Positions 20,001 to 22,251 of a DNA stretch of 22,251 nucleotides are shown here, piece by piece. Position 1 is the first letter of the stretch; the number at the start of each line of letters is the position of its first letter. The position numbers were made by a program, and so were the translations under genes. Under the pieces are notes generated by a model, which had not been told where the DNA came from, searched no databases, and saw nothing but the letters and a program-made list of their open reading frames with translations. This DNA is from Octopus sinensis (taxonomy: Eukaryota), in the NCBI RefSeq assembly GCF_006345805.1, contig NW_021836955.1:1-22251 (forward strand), in the 5' to 3' direction.

Positions 20001-20289
20001 GTTTTGTTTCAGTCTCTGGACTGCTGCCATTCTGGGCACTGCGTTCAAGGGCTCAGCCAAACAAATTGACCCCAGTACTAATTTTTAAAGTCTGCTTTCT
20101 TTTATCGCTCTTATGCGGACGTAAACAAACCAACATCGGTTGTCAAGTGACGGGCTTCTTTCAGTTTTCGTCAACCAACTCCACTCACAAGGCTTTGGTT
20201 GACTCGGGATTATACTGGAAGACACTTGTCCAAGGTGCCGCATTGTGGGACTGAACGCAGAGCCATGTGGTTGGGATGCAAACAGTTTA
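20001..20289 (-). mobile_element. Diverged SINE family A copy lacking the internal microsatellite block
   Basis: The 3' and 5' halves join directly at ggttgtcaag|tgacgggcttc. Confidence 0.85.
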
Positions 20290-20672
20290 GCTCGCTTTGC
20301 AACTACATGGTTTCAGGTTCAGTCCCACTGCATGGTATCTGGGGCAAGAGTCTTCTACTAGCTCCGCGCCAACCAGTGCTTTGTGATTGATTTTGCTACA
20401 TGGAAACTGTGTAGAAGCATGTTGTATGTGTATGTCTGTGTCTGTGTCAGCGTGTGTGTGTGTCTGCGCGCGCTTGTGCTCGCTTGACAACCGTTGTTGG
20501 TTTGCTTACGTCTTCGTAGTTTAGCAGATTCGACAAAAGTGTACAAAATAAGTACCAAAATTTAAAGCGGAAAAACATGTACTGGGGGTCGATGTGTTCA
20601 ATTAAACCCGTGAAGGCGATGCCCCAGTATGGCCGCAATCCAATGACAGAAGCAAGTAAAAGATAACAGATA
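20288..20672 (+). mobile_element. Diverged SINE family A copy, head-to-head with the previous one
   Basis: tagctcgctttgcaactacatggtttcaggttcagtcccactgc..ggggcaagagtcttctac..(TG)..gcttgacaaccg..ggggtcgat..caagtaaaagata. Confidence 0.85.
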
Positions 20673-20740
20673 CTTCGTTATCACTTAGAGACGAAATAAT
20701 AGCTTACCCCAATGACACAACGCACATATTTGGATCAAAG

Positions 20741-20820
20741 CTGATTACATCATACCTACATATGCCCTTTCAACAATGGAGAGATGAAAACCAGAGTCCA
20801 CCTCGGCAGGGTTTTAAACC
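20741..20820 (-). mobile_element. Very old family B central fragment
   Basis: gattacatc..gagatgaaaaccagagtccacctcggcagg resembles gattacatc..ggatgaaaggcaaagtcgacctcggcgg. Confidence 0.55.
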
Positions 20821-20835
20821 ATAATATAGCAATTC

Positions 20836-21069
20836 TTATTTCTTTATTGCCCACAAGGGGCAAAACATAGAAGGGACAAACAAGGACAGACAAACGGATT
20901 AAGTCGATTACATCGACCCCAGTGCGTAACTGGTACTTAATTTATCGACCCCGAAAGGATGAAAGGCAAAGTCGACCTCGGCGGAATTTGAACTCAGAAC
21001 GTAACAGCAGACGAAATACTGCTAAGCACTTCGCCCGGCGTGCTAACGTTTCGGCCAGCTCGCCGCCTT
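20836..21069 (-). mobile_element. SINE family B, full length, best-preserved copy (tail type 1), with target-site duplication
   Basis: Intact tRNA-like head (A-box-like tggccgaaacg, B box gagttcaaatt) and central gtcgactttgcctttcatcctttcggggtcgataaattaagtaccag domain (MetaSINE-like, from memory). TSD ataatatagcaattc (20821-20835) vs aaaatataacaattc (21070-21084), 13/15. Confidence 0.95.
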
Positions 21070-21159
21070 AAAATATAACAATTCATCGGTTAAATAACGA
21101 TCCTGACGTATCACATAGGTCAAAAGATATTACAAGAGATTTGAAGAACGCATATTTAA

Positions 21160-21375
21160 ATATCCTTTCTACTATAGAGAAGGCTTGGAATTTTGGGTGA
21201 AGGGGCTAGTCGATTACATCGACCCCCGTGTTCAACTCGCACTTATTTTATCGGCTCCGAAAGGATGAAAGGCCAAGTAAACCACGATGGAATTTGAGCT
21301 CGTAACATTAAAACGGACGAAATGCCGCTAAGCAGTATGTCCAGAGTGCTAACGATTCTGCCAGCTCGCAGCCTT
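21160..21375 (-). mobile_element. SINE family B copy (tail type 2)
   Basis: atcctttctactatag..gtcgattacatcgacccc..gctaacgattctgccagctcgcagcctt. Confidence 0.9.
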
Positions 21376-21444
21376 GACATGTATTTAAATGTCAAAAACC
21401 TAATTTCATTGTCTTTTCATCACTTAATGTTTCACATTATGAGG

Positions 21445-21633
21445 GAGCTGAGCTGGCAGAATCGTTAGTGCGCCGAGAGAAATGCGTAGCAGCGTTTCGT
21501 CCGTCTTCACATTCCGAGTTCAATTTCGGGGGTAGGATAAGTCGGGAGTGTTCAGCTGATGCTTATTTTATTAACCTGACGAAAGGATGGCAGGCAAAGT
21601 CAACCTCAGCAGGATTTGAACTCGGAATGTAAG
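21445..21633. mobile_element. Rearranged family B copy: head on + (21445-21526), body on - (21527-21633)
   Basis: The head gagctggcagaatcgttag..gagttcaa is followed by the reverse-strand body aaaggatggcaggcaaagtcaacctcagcaggatttgaactc. Confidence 0.85.
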
Positions 21634-21990
21634 TTCAGAATTTTATTTATTAAAAACAGATTAATTAGGTCTTATATTTTATTTGTTTTTTGGACAGCGT
21701 GTTTTTTTTCTCTATATTTTCTCATATATTAATAAAGATACTTTTATCACTCATGATGGAACATAATGCTGATTCTGAGTTGCAATGAAGTTGATGTTAT
21801 TAGGCTCAATATCAGTTCCTCCTGTGCTCAAGAGTACATTGAGAGCAAGTTGATGTCAGCTGACAGAATCAGAAGAGTAAACTTACATTCCAAAACCGCT
21901 CTGTGTAGAATATATTGTCATAAGGTCAAAACTTAAAGTAGAAAACCTAAGCCAAATCATAGGGCAGAGTAACTTTACATATATATATAA

Positions 21991-22046
21991 TTAGCTTAGT
22001 GGCATTATCTTAGTAGTATTAGCTTAGTGGTACTAGCTTAGTGGTT
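21991..22046. repeat. Minisatellite, 4 x 14 bp
   Basis: ttagcttagtggca / ttatcttagtagta / ttagcttagtggta / ctagcttagtggtt. Confidence 0.9.
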
Positions 22047-22251
22047 CTGTTTACACATCCTACTGAAGTACCTGGTAACACCAAACGAAGAAGCGAAACT
22101 GATGCTGCGCAAGGGGAATCCTGGAATCCAAGAAATCTAATGCCGGTTTGCGTCGTGGGCAAATTTAAACCAAATGAGAATTTGTAGAATATTGATAGGG
22201 TCTAGCATTTTGACATAGCACAAACTCCTTATAATTTTCCATAGATTTAAC

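Noticed and set aside
21765-21875. Nested short inverted matches (ctgattctg/cagaatcag, ctcaat/attgag)
   Set aside because: Too short and discontinuous for a credible hairpin.
21991-22046. CRISPR-like or other prokaryotic repeat array
   Set aside because: The units are contiguous with no spacers and the context is clearly eukaryotic.

Overview
Non-coding, repeat-saturated metazoan genomic DNA, most likely intergenic or intronic sequence of an Octopus/cephalopod genome. The species call rests on my recognition of the SINE families and the extreme microsatellite density, not on a database search. I find no intact protein-coding gene, no CRISPR array and no rRNA. Almost all ORFs in the supplied track are translations of microsatellites or SINE copies. 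The window holds about 20 copies or fragments of two tRNA-derived SINE families (my labels A and B). It also holds a 5'-truncated, decayed R4/Dong-type RLE LINE (8774-11500, -), an internally deleted DD37D (maT) Tc1/mariner element with both TIRs, a second mariner relic with an internal inversion, and two Penelope-like relics (a hammerhead-ribozyme-like motif and a GIY-YIG fragment). The most striking unexplained structure is a ~360-bp imperfect palindrome (16034-16394) whose inner 23 bp are perfectly complementary. Also notable are several inverted SINE pairs, local inversions and a duplicated (GTA)n cassette. I cannot claim a new biological system from sequence alone; the palindrome and the hammerhead-like motif are the best leads.
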